Source: a virus (taxonomy: Duplodnaviria > Heunggongvirae > Uroviricota > Caudoviricetes). Taken from it: DNA of 64,000 bases. Location of the stretch: positions 1 to 64,000 of IMG/VR virus record IMGVR_UViG_3300035184_001394; one strand, 5' to 3'. Positions 1 to 8,083 of the stretch are shown piece by piece (the stretch's first letter is position 1; the number at the start of each line of letters is the position of its first letter). The translations under genes and the position numbers were made by a program. The notes beneath the pieces were generated by a model. That model was not told the DNA's origin, made no database searches, and saw only the letters and a program-made list of their open reading frames with translations.

Positions 1-728
1 ATCATGTTTGCATCAATACGTTCAGCAATACGTTCTTCAGCCATTTCCATTGTAATATACAGTACGTCCTTTCCGTACATCAGATGGTTTGCAGCCATAT
101 GACATTTAATTAACGACTTACCGCCACCAGTAGTTGCTAGTAATACTGTCATTGACTTGCGAGGTAGACCACCTTTGGTAATTGTATTAAGCAAGTCAAT
201 ATCAAAGGGAACTCGTTCTTCTTTCTTATGATAGAAATCGTATCGACCTTCGTATTCTTCTAGATAATCATGACCAACGCTCGAGTCAAAACTGATACCT
301 AGTGAGTCTTGTAAAAGTTTTGGTATTGAACCCTTACCTTCTTCAGTACCATCTTTAGAGCCTTCATCATCAGCATCTAGGATATTAATTGCTTTACGAA
401 TAGAGTTATAAAGATCTTTATTCTGGCAAAACTTTTCAGTTTCATCGAATAGAAATTGAGTATTTGTATCTTTATCAACTTTCAATTCACTGATAGAACT
501 CATTATTTCAGAATAAGATGTTTCGTTTAAGTCTTTACGATTATCAATCGAGATTCGCAGAGCCTCCAATGAAGGAGGCGCCTTATATTGTTCAACATAA
601 TCGCGATAAGAATCAAAGATTTTACGGTGTGTGTTATCATCAAAATATTCGTCTTTAATAAAAGGATATACTTTTGCGTAGTATTCGTTATTATAGACTA
701 AATTAGATAGTATCGTTGTTTCCATCAT
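1..728 (-). CDS. 41: replicative DNA helicase, T4 gp41 / DnaB family (N-terminal ~242 aa; 3' end lies beyond the window edge)
   Basis: Own minus-strand translation: MMETTILSNLVYNNEYYAKVYPFIKDEYF...LATTGGGKSLIKCHMAANHLMYGKDVLYITMEMAEERIAERIDANM. The Walker A and YI(S/T)MEMAEE..RIDAN blocks match T4 gp41 as recalled. Absent from the ORF track because it is open at the edge. The ATG at 726-728 overlaps the uvsX-C stop. Confidence 0.85.
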   Translation of the reverse strand, partial: MMETTILSNLVYNNEYYAKVYPFIKDEYFDDNTHRKIFDSYRDYVEQYKAPPSLEALRISIDNRKDLNETSYSEIMSSISELKVDKDTNTQFLFDETEKFCQNKDLYNSIRKAINILDADDEGSKDGTEEGKGSIPKLLQDSLGISFDSSVGHDYLEEYEGRYDFYHKKEERVPFDIDLLNTITKGGLPRKSMTVLLATTGGGKSLIKCHMAANHLMYGKDVLYITMEMAEERIAERIDANM

Positions 729-1245
729 CTTTCATTTTTCCTGGTATAGTCAATTTATATTTACGTTCGATAAAGTTGTTAAATGTTTCGTTTTTAACAA
801 GAGCTTCGAAGAATTTATCATCAGAACCTAAGTCTTTCTGTCTACGCTTAGGTTCAACAAGCTCACCAGTTTCTTGGTCAACAACATTATACCAGCCTTG
901 AGTGGCGCCTTTTGCTATATGTCCAGATTCAATAGCTAAGTCAAACAATGCTGACCACTTTTGAATACCAGAATCATACAATACAGTGAATGGTAGTTTT
1001 GCTTTTTCACGAACAAAACGAGATTTTTCGATATTGATTGTAAATTTAAATCCTGCTAAATCAGTACCATCTTTTTCTTGAGACTTACTAATAATAAAGA
1101 TTTGATTTGCTGAATAATAGATACCAGTATTGTGTGTTACTATACCATTTTTGAGTACATAATGTTGCTCATCATAATTTTCAGTTGCTATTGATAAATC
1201 ATAAACCGGTTTTCTACCAACCTGTTTAACGTTAACTATTTTCAT
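703..1245 (-). CDS. uvsX: UvsX recombinase, C-terminal fragment: 39-aa split-intein C half followed by the C-extein
   Basis: MKIVNVKQVGRKPVYDLSIATENYDEQHYVLKNGIVTHN|TGIYYSANQIFIISKSQEKDGTDLAGFKF... Intein blocks F/G end in HN+T. The extein is collinear with T4 UvsX ..GGTGPMYSADTVFIIGKRQIKDG.. There is an AAGGAA RBS before the ATG. Confidence 0.85.
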   Translation of the reverse strand: MKIVNVKQVGRKPVYDLSIATENYDEQHYVLKNGIVTHNTGIYYSANQIFIISKSQEKDGTDLAGFKFTINIEKSRFVREKAKLPFTVLYDSGIQKWSALFDLAIESGHIAKGATQGWYNVVDQETGELVEPKRRQKDLGSDDKFFEALVKNETFNNFIERKYKLTIPGKMKDDGNNDTI

Positions 1246-1574
1246 TTTGTTTCCTTATTTCATTAAGATATAGCTTTCTAGCTAGAGCAATTGTATCACT
1301 AAATAACAGTACAATCCATTCCAACAACTAAATCTTTAGCTTCAACCCATTCTTCGTTAACCAAGAATTTATGTTTATCTGAAACAGTTGCTTTAAATCC
1401 ATCTTCAAATTCAACTTCATAACATTCTGGATTGCCATCTTCAAGTGTATCAGGGTTCCAAACATGACTTACAACTTTATCACCGTTTAGAGTAATAACT
1501 TTTTCGCCAACATTGAAGTCTTCAACATTCTTAAGACCATCTGGTGTTTGAATTTCTGTGCCTTCAACTACGCA
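1129..1574 (-). mobile_element. naturally split mini-intein in uvsX (Int-N 1302-1574, 53-bp gap containing a stop and an RBS, Int-C 1129-1245); no endonuclease domain
   Basis: Cys1 sits after the extein GG, block B TxxH-like motif is present, and the terminal HN is followed by Thr+1. The insertion lies exactly inside the conserved UvsX GG|TG motif. The halves are 91 aa and 39 aa, similar in size to DnaE-type split inteins. Confidence 0.75.
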
Positions 1575-2204
1575 ACCACCAGATACAATATTCTTAGGAA
1601 ACATACCAATTTCTTGATAGATATGATTAACAGCTAAACAAGGAATGTTTCTTGTAGTTAGCTTTGGAGTTATGATGCGAAATAAAGATTTAAGTTGCTT
1701 AGCACGAGTCATATCAGCAGCTGAGTTATCTTTCATAGCATCGTCAACTTCTTTCTTAGAAGCTAAGTTACCGATAGAATCGATCATGATGAATACACGA
1801 TCTTTCTTATCAATCTGGTCTAATCGCTTAACGATATCAAATTTAAGCTGTTCAACATCTTCGATTGGAATATGTAGTACACGTGACGTATCAATATCAA
1901 AACTTTCTAAATAATCTGGTGTAATACCAAATTCTGAATCATACAACAAAGCAACACCATCTTTATATTTTTCAAGATATGCTTTCATACAATACAGTGA
2001 TAGTAGAGTTTTGAAACTTTTTGATGCACCAGCGACAACAGTTAGACCTGGGATTAAACCACCTTTAAGTGAACCACTAAAAGCGATATTCACAATTGGT
2101 AATTCAGTCTGAATTGGTTCTTTTTCGTCAAAGAAAGCAGATTTATTTACAACACCAGCTTGTTTGATTGAACCGGATTTTAACATTTTATCTAAAAGAC
2201 TCAT
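1299..2204 (-). CDS. uvsX: UvsX recombinase, N-terminal fragment: RecA-like core N-extein (210 aa) followed by a 91-aa split-intein N half
   Basis: RecA/UvsX core motifs present (VVAGASKSFKT P-loop-like, VFIMIDSIGNLASKKE). At ..KNIVSGG|CVVEGTEIQTPDG the Hint block A begins, with block B at TVSDKHKF. The ORF ends at TAG 1299-1301. Confidence 0.85.
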   Translation of the reverse strand: MSLLDKMLKSGSIKQAGVVNKSAFFDEKEPIQTELPIVNIAFSGSLKGGLIPGLTVVAGASKSFKTLLSLYCMKAYLEKYKDGVALLYDSEFGITPDYLESFDIDTSRVLHIPIEDVEQLKFDIVKRLDQIDKKDRVFIMIDSIGNLASKKEVDDAMKDNSAADMTRAKQLKSLFRIITPKLTTRNIPCLAVNHIYQEIGMFPKNIVSGGCVVEGTEIQTPDGLKNVEDFNVGEKVITLNGDKVVSHVWNPDTLEDGNPECYEVEFEDGFKATVSDKHKFLVNEEWVEAKDLVVGMDCTVI

Positions 2205-2483
2205 TTACAAATTATCTCCATTGTGTATTTTTTGTAACCTTTCTACAAAGGCATCAAGTTTTTCAGTGCGATTAGGCCAGAATATATAATCTTTTTCTGG
2301 ATTCGCTTTGAGATTTTTGATTAGTGGCATTATTGCTGCATAGAGCAATTCTGCTTTATTGTCGACAGTTTCTAGTTGAGCAGTGAGTTGTTCAGATTGC
2401 TTATTTGCAATCTGAACAACTTCCAATTCATCTTCGGAAACAGCATAAAAACCAAAATCTAATATTTCTTCAACGTTTTTCAT
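2205..2483 (-). CDS. hypothetical protein (92 aa)
   Basis: ORF track. Its stop abuts the uvsX ATG (2204/2205). No recognisable motif. Confidence 0.5.
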   Translation of the reverse strand: MKNVEEILDFGFYAVSEDELEVVQIANKQSEQLTAQLETVDNKAELLYAAIMPLIKNLKANPEKDYIFWPNRTEKLDAFVERLQKIHNGDNL

Positions 2484-2498
2484 TACTGTTTCCTATTA

Positions 2499-3419
2499 TT
2501 AACCGCGAGCTAGATCCTTGAAGATTGCCAAGTCGTCGTCGTCGTCAGAGTTCATTTCACCAGCTGATTTAGATTCTTCAATTGGAGCTGAATCGGCAAT
2601 ACCGCTTAAATCTAATTCATCGCTTCCGCCAACAGGTTCTTGTTCTGCAGTTTTACCGAAGTCTTTATTATCGGCTTCGTCAAGTGCAAGTACACGGAAC
2701 AATTTAGTCTTTAACTCAGCATAAGATTTAAACTTATTAGGGTCTAACAATGACTGAAGTGAATGTTGAGTTTTCCACAATTTTTCCATTTCATCATCAT
2801 CGTCGAAAACAGAAGTAGGATCGTCAAACTCAGACTTATCATAATTAGGGTAACCTTCAACTAAACGAATTTTTAGTCGGAAGTTAGCACCTTCCCAAAA
2901 ATCAAAAGGATTTACTGGTGATTCATCTTCAAAAGATGGGTTCATCAAATCATTCAGTTTATCAAAGATTTTTTTACCATACTGATAAAGAAATACTTTG
3001 CCCTCATTTTCTGGGTTAGCTGGATCTTTAACAACTAATACGTTTGAAATATACTTAAGACGTCGTTTCTGTTTACGAGCAAGTTCTTTGTCAGAATCAA
3101 TACCAGAATTCCACAGCTTAGAGTTATATTCTGATACTGGGTCGTCGACGTTTAAAGTTGTAAGAGAACTTTCGATGTACCATAAACCAGTTGGTCCTTG
3201 GAATCCATGGTCAAACGTGCGAACAAATGGTAGTTCTTCACCTTCAACAGCAGGTAAGAAACGGATAATTGAAAAACCGTTACCAACTTTATCGCGAGTT
3301 GGTTTCCAATACTTATCAGCATCTGGATCAGCATATGACTTTTTAGTGATTTTTTCAAGCTGAGAGTTAAGCTTGTCGAGGGATTTTGTACGGTTCTTTT
3401 TTAGTGATGCAAATGACAT
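2499..3419 (-). CDS. 32: single-stranded DNA-binding protein gp32
   Basis: [52 protein letters not shown] and an acidic C-terminal tail are collinear with T4 gp32 ([30 protein letters not shown]). Confidence 0.9.
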   Translation of the reverse strand: [306 protein letters not shown]

Positions 3420-3505
3420 ATTTAATATTCTCCTGAATATATGGCGTTTTATAGTTTAGTATAGCAATTTTTAATATAGCTTAGTATGCGTTGTTACCAA
3501 CGATA

Positions 3506-3513
3506 TATTTATA
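3506..3513 (-). promoter_or_regulatory. T4-type late promoter TATAAATA upstream of gene 32
   Basis: The minus strand reads TATAAATA about 90 nt upstream of the gene 32 ATG. This motif can occur by chance in AT-rich DNA. Confidence 0.4.
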
Positions 3514-3541
3514 ACAAGCTAGTTGTAAATTACAAATTTTT

Positions 3542-4150
3542 TTAAAAAAATTTATCTTTGACGATTTGTTTGAATCGTTGTTCATCGTATCGCAAGAAGG
3601 GTTTATACTTCTTGGATTTTATTATTATATCATAAAATATAATTTTGTCAACTACTTTTTCACTCCAATATGAATATATATTAGACATATGAGCTAACAT
3701 CGTAAATGTTTCAAGTGTTATCTTCTTTTGAAGCAATAATTTACCAATATGTGGATGTTGACCATTGTGTGATATAAAGTTAGATTGATAGTCATCTTTC
3801 AAATTACTCAAATCTGATTTGAAAACATGACCTAACGAATCTATCTTCTTTTTCCATTCAACATATATATTATAACCAGAATCATCCATAAGATCTCTTA
3901 TCCAAGCGTCTGGATTAACAACCATGTTAGCTAGTATCATATTCTCATAATCAGGTTTATTTGCAAGTTTTGCAAAAAAGTATGCGTCATTGCGAGTTCT
4001 AAAAGTTTCAAAGTTTGCTTTGACTTTGCCATTATATTTGTGAAAGTCGTAGCTTTTTGTAGTGAAATGTCTTTTATACGCAAGATATTTCACATAACTA
4101 TTGAAAGCAGTTTGGTTAATTAAATTCTGTGATGTCGATATCATCGTCAT
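3542..4150 (-). CDS. 59: helicase loader gp59
   Basis: YDFHKYNGKVKA..F.TRNDAYFFAKLANK and NPDAWIRDL resemble T4 gp59 (YDVIKYNW..RRDKYFFQKLSEK, NQDAWIGDI). The conserved 33-59-32 gene order is present. Confidence 0.75.
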   Translation of the reverse strand: MTMISTSQNLINQTAFNSYVKYLAYKRHFTTKSYDFHKYNGKVKANFETFRTRNDAYFFAKLANKPDYENMILANMVVNPDAWIRDLMDDSGYNIYVEWKKKIDSLGHVFKSDLSNLKDDYQSNFISHNGQHPHIGKLLLQKKITLETFTMLAHMSNIYSYWSEKVVDKIIFYDIIIKSKKYKPFLRYDEQRFKQIVKDKFF

Positions 4151-4352
4151 ATACCATCCTAAGATTTATAGCTTCACTTTTAACTTTTTCGCGCAACACA
4201 GCAGATTTTTTAACTACACTAGCAACAACTTCAATTTCGATGTTGTTCTTTTCCGAATATTCAACAAGAGCTTCGATGTAAGGAATTCCACTTGCTATCA
4301 TATGGGATATTTCATGATGTATTTTTTCTGGTGTTAATGCGATTACAGTCAT
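4116..4352 (-). CDS. 33: late transcription co-activator gp33-like (78 aa)
   Basis: Sits immediately upstream of and overlapping 59, as in T4. Small and acidic, with a hydrophobic/acidic C-terminus (DIDITEFN) compatible with a clamp-binding tail. Confidence 0.55.
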   Translation of the reverse strand: MTVIALTPEKIHHEISHMIASGIPYIEALVEYSEKNNIEIEVVASVVKKSAVLREKVKSEAINLRMVYDDDIDITEFN

Positions 4353-4399
4353 AATATCTCCTTAGTTGTTCAAATAAGCTTTTTCCTATTTGATGTGCT

Positions 4400-4428
4400 A
4401 TTATAACACAGTTATAAATAAATGTCAA
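4400..4428 (-). promoter_or_regulatory. early sigma70-type promoter
   Basis: Minus strand TTGACA-17 nt-TATAAT, upstream of gene 33. Confidence 0.75.
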
Positions 4429-4436
4429 CGTTTTAT

Positions 4437-5114
4437 TTAAATTTCTTCAAATAAAACGTTATTAATATATCTATCTTTAGCTTGTTCTGATATGCCCATA
4501 GCAAGTATAGATCTATGCAGGTGCTTATTCATCTTCTGATTTTCACAATATTTGTTAAGTTGAGTTTTAGTTGGTAAGGTAGTAATCATTTTAATATCAT
4601 TGCAAGAAGCCAAATAAGCCTTAATAAGGTTAGTAGATAAACAAATCAACTGTTCTAACTCATCACCATAAGTGATAGAACCAGCAGCAACCATGTTGTC
4701 TGAGAATATTTCAGTAGCCCATTCAGGTAAATCTCTTGGTTTATTCCATTTAATATCCTTAACAGACGCTTTAAACAGTTCGCATAATGGATGAACTTGA
4801 TCTTTTATAACAGGAGAAAAGTCAAAAAACGAACCACTTATTTTAGTTTTAGATGCAACTATATCAAAACCAAGAATAGGTAAGTTAACATTTTCTCTTG
4901 GAAATATATTGATATGTAGCAACCACATTCTACCATCGTTAATCGTTTTCAAATGACACTTTCTAATGTTATCACTACACCAGAAAGAATCAGTCCACCC
5001 ATCGAATTGCTGATCATGTTTTTCGTTTATAAACGGTTTTAAATGATTATTAAACGTTTCGCTAAGACTTGATGCAAATGTATCAAGTTTATCCCAGAGT
5101 GGATTGATATCCAT
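4437..5114 (-). CDS. ferredoxin-dependent bilin reductase, PcyA/PcyX-like
   Basis: IRKCHLKTINDGRMWLLHINIFPRENVNLPILGFDIVASKTKISGSFFDFSPV matches the FDBR core (PcyA: FRKMHLE...LHCVMFP...LPLFGCDIVAG...DLSP). Start overlaps the heme oxygenase stop. Confidence 0.75.
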   Translation of the reverse strand: MDINPLWDKLDTFASSLSETFNNHLKPFINEKHDQQFDGWTDSFWCSDNIRKCHLKTINDGRMWLLHINIFPRENVNLPILGFDIVASKTKISGSFFDFSPVIKDQVHPLCELFKASVKDIKWNKPRDLPEWATEIFSDNMVAAGSITYGDELEQLICLSTNLIKAYLASCNDIKMITTLPTKTQLNKYCENQKMNKHLHRSILAMGISEQAKDRYINNVLFEEI

Positions 5115-5689
5115 TATAGATCATCAACTTCAAAATCTTCACCTTCAAAATTATCAACTAATTCTAAAAATAATAGCTCTGCAAACTTAAAACAGACAAT
5201 AGCTTCTGGGGCCATATCATTATTTAACATACTACGAAGATCTGTGATCAACTGTTTGCGACCAGTAAACTCATACATTGTACCAGAACCAGGGACTCTC
5301 TTTTTGATTATTTGACCACCATGTAAATCACCAAAATGCCGAACGTACAGATGAGCTAATAGCTTATCATGTTCTCCTTTTGCGCTAAGCTCGGTTATAT
5401 GACTAATATATGAACTAACTGATTCGAGGTTTTCGGTTATTTCTTCAAGTCCATACTCATCTTCAAGTCCATGCATATCTTGCATTATATGAGAAGCTCG
5501 AAAAACAGTTTTAAGTTTTGACGGAATTGTCACTAACGACTCAAGTGCTTCATAAATCTCATACTGGGCCGAGAGATACTGGTAATATAGTAGTGGATTT
5601 ATTCTTCCGCCTAATAATATTTCAGCAAAATCTGAGCCTTCTATATTATTATGATTCTCTTTGGTCAGTTCTCTTAAGTTTAGTGTCAT
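5114..5689 (-). CDS. heme oxygenase
   Basis: N-terminal LRELTKENHNNIE (proximal His context) and HFGDLHGGQIIKK (HO signature GDLSGGQ). Confidence 0.85.
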   Translation of the reverse strand: MTLNLRELTKENHNNIEGSDFAEILLGGRINPLLYYQYLSAQYEIYEALESLVTIPSKLKTVFRASHIMQDMHGLEDEYGLEEITENLESVSSYISHITELSAKGEHDKLLAHLYVRHFGDLHGGQIIKKRVPGSGTMYEFTGRKQLITDLRSMLNNDMAPEAIVCFKFAELLFLELVDNFEGEDFEVDDL

Positions 5690-5784
5690 TGTTATTTCTA
5701 TTCCTATTTACAGTTGTATTTCATTGATAATAATCGCCATTTTTCTTTGCTTCACGTTTCCGATCAATCATAACTATAGATTTG

Positions 5785-6036
5785 TTAAACGTCCTCGCAT
5801 GCTTTGCGACTAAGTTTCTTGAGTTTGGTTTCTTTTGTTTTGTTGTATTCATCTTTAACACCTAATATAAAAAATATAACGTAAAAACACGATGGAATTG
5901 ATAAGATAACTTGTAATAATCCAGCTGCAGTATCAGTAGTTCGAACATAAGACGCTACTGATATTATTACAATTGCAACAATAAAAATTGAAAATCTAGT
6001 AACGTTAATGAATTTTGTTTTTCTTTCTGCAATCAT
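5785..6036 (-). CDS. small membrane protein (two predicted TM helices)
   Basis: Hydrophobic stretches FSIFIVAIVIISVASY and LLQVILSIPSCFYVIFFILG. Has its own early promoter. Confidence 0.5.
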   Translation of the reverse strand: MIAERKTKFINVTRFSIFIVAIVIISVASYVRTTDTAAGLLQVILSIPSCFYVIFFILGVKDEYNKTKETKLKKLSRKACEDV

Positions 6037-6067
6037 CTAAACTTTTCACTTTTATTATTAATATGTT

Positions 6068-6096
6068 ATTATAACACAACAAAAAGAAAATGTCAA
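6068..6096 (-). promoter_or_regulatory. early sigma70-type promoter
   Basis: Minus strand TTGACA-17-TATAAT. Confidence 0.75.
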
Positions 6097-6105
6097 CATT
6101 TATTT

Positions 6106-6285
6106 TTAGTAACCGCCACTCTTAAACCAACCCTTACCTTTCAATTGAAATCCGCCAGTAGAGGTGATAATCTTTTTCAAATCTCCAGCGCATTCTTCAC
6201 AGTTAGTCAATGCGTCATCTGACATACGCTGAACTGTGTCAATAACTTTTTTACATTTAATACATTCATATGTATATGTAGGCAA
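6106..6285 (-). CDS. FmdB-family zinc-ribbon protein (59 aa, TTG start)
   Basis: Own translation: (M)PTYTYECIKCKKVIDTVQRMSDDALTNCEECAGDLKKIITSTGGFQLKGKGWFKSGGY. Two CxxC pairs and the FmdB-like Y.Y.C..C start are present. GGAGG lies 7 nt upstream of the TTG. Just below the ORF-track length cut-off. Confidence 0.55.
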   Translation of the reverse strand: MPTYTYECIKCKKVIDTVQRMSDDALTNCEECAGDLKKIITSTGGFQLKGKGWFKSGGY

Positions 6286-6297
6286 ATGTCATCCTCC

Positions 6298-6552
6298 TTA
6301 GTAGATTGCTCGGATAAATTCATCGCTAACTAAGATGCACTTAACACCCTCTACTGTAACAGGTAATCCCTTAGCCCAATCAAGAGCAACTTTATTACCC
6401 TGTTCAATATCCTCAACCAATGAGCCAACTTCCAAGACTAACCCTGGTAATGCACCTGTTGTAACTCGCTGTGTTAAGATTATGCCACTTTCTGTCAACT
6501 TATCGTTTGTTTTTATTTCGGTTACTAGTACAAAATTCTTTAATGGTTTCAT
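6298..6552 (-). CDS. GroES-like co-chaperonin (Cpn10; functional analog of T4 gp31)
   Basis: MKPLKNFVLVTE...ESGIIL...G.VLEVG...GNKV.L layout is typical of Cpn10, at 84 aa. Confidence 0.7.
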   Translation of the reverse strand: MKPLKNFVLVTEIKTNDKLTESGIILTQRVTTGALPGLVLEVGSLVEDIEQGNKVALDWAKGLPVTVEGVKCILVSDEFIRAIY

Positions 6553-6577
6553 TATAATTTCTCTTTATTGTTGTTGT

Positions 6578-7189
6578 TTAATCAACTTTGGCTTTTTTCT
6601 TAGCTTCGCGTTTTTCTAATTTGCACGAACGTTTCTCTAGGCGCAGTAAAACTTCTTTACCATCCATCCACAAATCTTTATTATTAAGCATATCTTTGAT
6701 TTCTCTTTTTGTTAAAAAACCGCAGTAAACATCTCTTAATAATTTAGCTGACCAACAGCGTTCATGAATTATTTGACTATACATTTCTCCACCTTTACCA
6801 GAGGTTTTTCCAGCATAGTTGTGGAACATAAACATTGTATGACTAGATAATTCGAATACATCAGCACTCAAGAATATCATTGTTGCCGCTGACATACAAG
6901 CGCCTTCAACTGAAGCAATTACAGTAGCCCGACACTCGCGCAAAACTCGCATCATCTGTATAGCAGCAAGTAGATCACCACCACACGAGTTAATATGTAT
7001 ATGTACTGTATCAGCTTCACTGCAGTTTCTAATTATATTAAACCATTCGACGTAATATTCTGGAGTTTCTACTGGTCCTGATAAGTAAAAATCATGAACA
7101 ACATCAGTTGATCTGGAAGTAAAGAAATCCTTAGATTTGCTTGGCTGCAGTAAATCTAAGAAGTTATTATCAAATTTATTTTTTTTCAT
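6578..7189 (-). CDS. ClpP-like serine peptidase (S14 family)
   Basis: IHINSCGGDLLAAIQMMRVLRECRATVIASVEGACMSAATMIFLS...FMFHN matches the ClpP core (I.S.GG...a....D.m........v.t...G.AaSmg..l) with a candidate nucleophile Ser. Confidence 0.7.
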   Translation of the reverse strand: MKKNKFDNNFLDLLQPSKSKDFFTSRSTDVVHDFYLSGPVETPEYYVEWFNIIRNCSEADTVHIHINSCGGDLLAAIQMMRVLRECRATVIASVEGACMSAATMIFLSADVFELSSHTMFMFHNYAGKTSGKGGEMYSQIIHERCWSAKLLRDVYCGFLTKREIKDMLNNKDLWMDGKEVLLRLEKRSCKLEKREAKKKAKVD

Positions 7190-7206
7190 GTAGTTCCTTG
7201 TATCAA

Positions 7207-7485
7207 TTAAACTTTACGACGACAAGCTTTACCGCGGCCATCTTTAGCGTAAAATTCGTTTTTAGAATTTTCAATTGCTTCGGTTGTTTCGTATAAATCT
7301 TTTATTATTTGCTGGTCAGTTACTTGCTCACCATATTGATATGTAACGATGCCATTTCCTTGAGTCCTAAAAGCACATAGAGCTCTAAGAGAGCATTCTT
7401 TTGCGTAATTAATTGATTCTTGTGCGCTATTAAAATGTTCTTCGTTATTGTTACCGTTGTTTTTTATTACCCATACTTTATACAT
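7207..7485 (-). CDS. hypothetical protein (92 aa)
   Basis: ORF track; no motif recognised. Confidence 0.5.
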   Translation of the reverse strand: MYKVWVIKNNGNNNEEHFNSAQESINYAKECSLRALCAFRTQGNGIVTYQYGEQVTDQQIIKDLYETTEAIENSKNEFYAKDGRGKACRRKV

Positions 7486-7510
7486 GATATATTCCGTTTA
7501 TTTATGCAAT

Positions 7511-7675
7511 TTAAATGACACTATGTGCTGCTACTGAAGCAAATATCAATAACAGTATAAAACCAACTAAAAAGTACCAAGCAAATTTAAATATAAATAA
7601 GATAATGTTTAAAAATAATTTAACCAATAAGACCATTATTACTATAATTATAAAAAATAATACAAGAACTTCCAT
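7511..7675 (-). CDS. small hydrophobic protein (54 aa)
   Basis: Own translation MEVLVLFFIIIVIMVLLVKLFLNIILFIFKFAWYFLVGFILLLIFASVAAHSVI. Lies directly downstream of the early promoter at 7710-7738. Confidence 0.4.
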   Translation of the reverse strand: MEVLVLFFIIIVIMVLLVKLFLNIILFIFKFAWYFLVGFILLLIFASVAAHSVI

Positions 7676-7709
7676 CTAACTATTACTCCTTGATTTAACT
7701 TATGAGACT

Positions 7710-7738
7710 ATTATAACACCACTAAAAGAAAATGTCAA
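7710..7738 (-). promoter_or_regulatory. early sigma70-type promoter
   Basis: Minus strand TTGACA-17-TATAAT. Confidence 0.75.
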
Positions 7739-7741
7739 CTA

Positions 7742-8083
7742 TTATTTTAACAAAGATTCAAAACCTTGTTCTAAAGCAGCAGCTTCGATAATAGAGTTCA
7801 TTTCTAATTCAACTTCATCATATAAACATGATATATAACCGCTACTGTAGTTGCCATAATTGCGAGAAGGAATTCCGAATATTTTGGCAAATTGTGCTGC
7901 TCTATTACAAAGACCATTGTTATACAGGTCATAGTAACAATTTGATGCTTTGCGAAATTTCTCAAGCTTTTTGTTTTTACTACGTGGGTTATCAACACAA
8001 CCAGTAATTGGTATCAATTCGCAAAGCTCTTTTTGAGCTTTGTCATATTTTCCGTTATTGGCCCAATAAGTATTGTTGTTCAT
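7742..8083 (-). CDS. hypothetical protein (113 aa)
   Basis: ORF track; preceded by a conserved promoter/leader cassette. Confidence 0.55.
   Translation of the reverse strand: MNNNTYWANNGKYDKAQKELCELIPITGCVDNPRSKNKKLEKFRKASNCYYDLYNNGLCNRAAQFAKIFGIPSRNYGNYSSGYISCLYDEVELEMNSIIEAAALEQGFESLLK

Noticed and set aside
703-2204. uvsX appearing as two ORFs was considered as a frameshifted or nonsense pseudogene.
   Set aside because: The extra sequence at the break carries canonical Hint/intein blocks (Cys1, TxxH-like, terminal HN + Thr). The second ORF has its own RBS and ATG. Removing the intein restores the conserved GG-TG junction, so a split intein explains it better.
2998-3363. A 121-aa plus-strand ORF. 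A similar minus-strand alternative-frame ORF lies at 3152-3358.
   Set aside because: Both lie fully inside the strongly supported gene 32 and have no independent signals.
7804-7998. A 64-aa same-strand alternative-frame ORF. Similar cases are 18187-18402, 34223-34420, 36244-36471, 41705-41890, 42394-42576, 42676-42978 and 57513-57764.
   Set aside because: Each is nested out of frame within a longer and better supported ORF, with no independent start signals.
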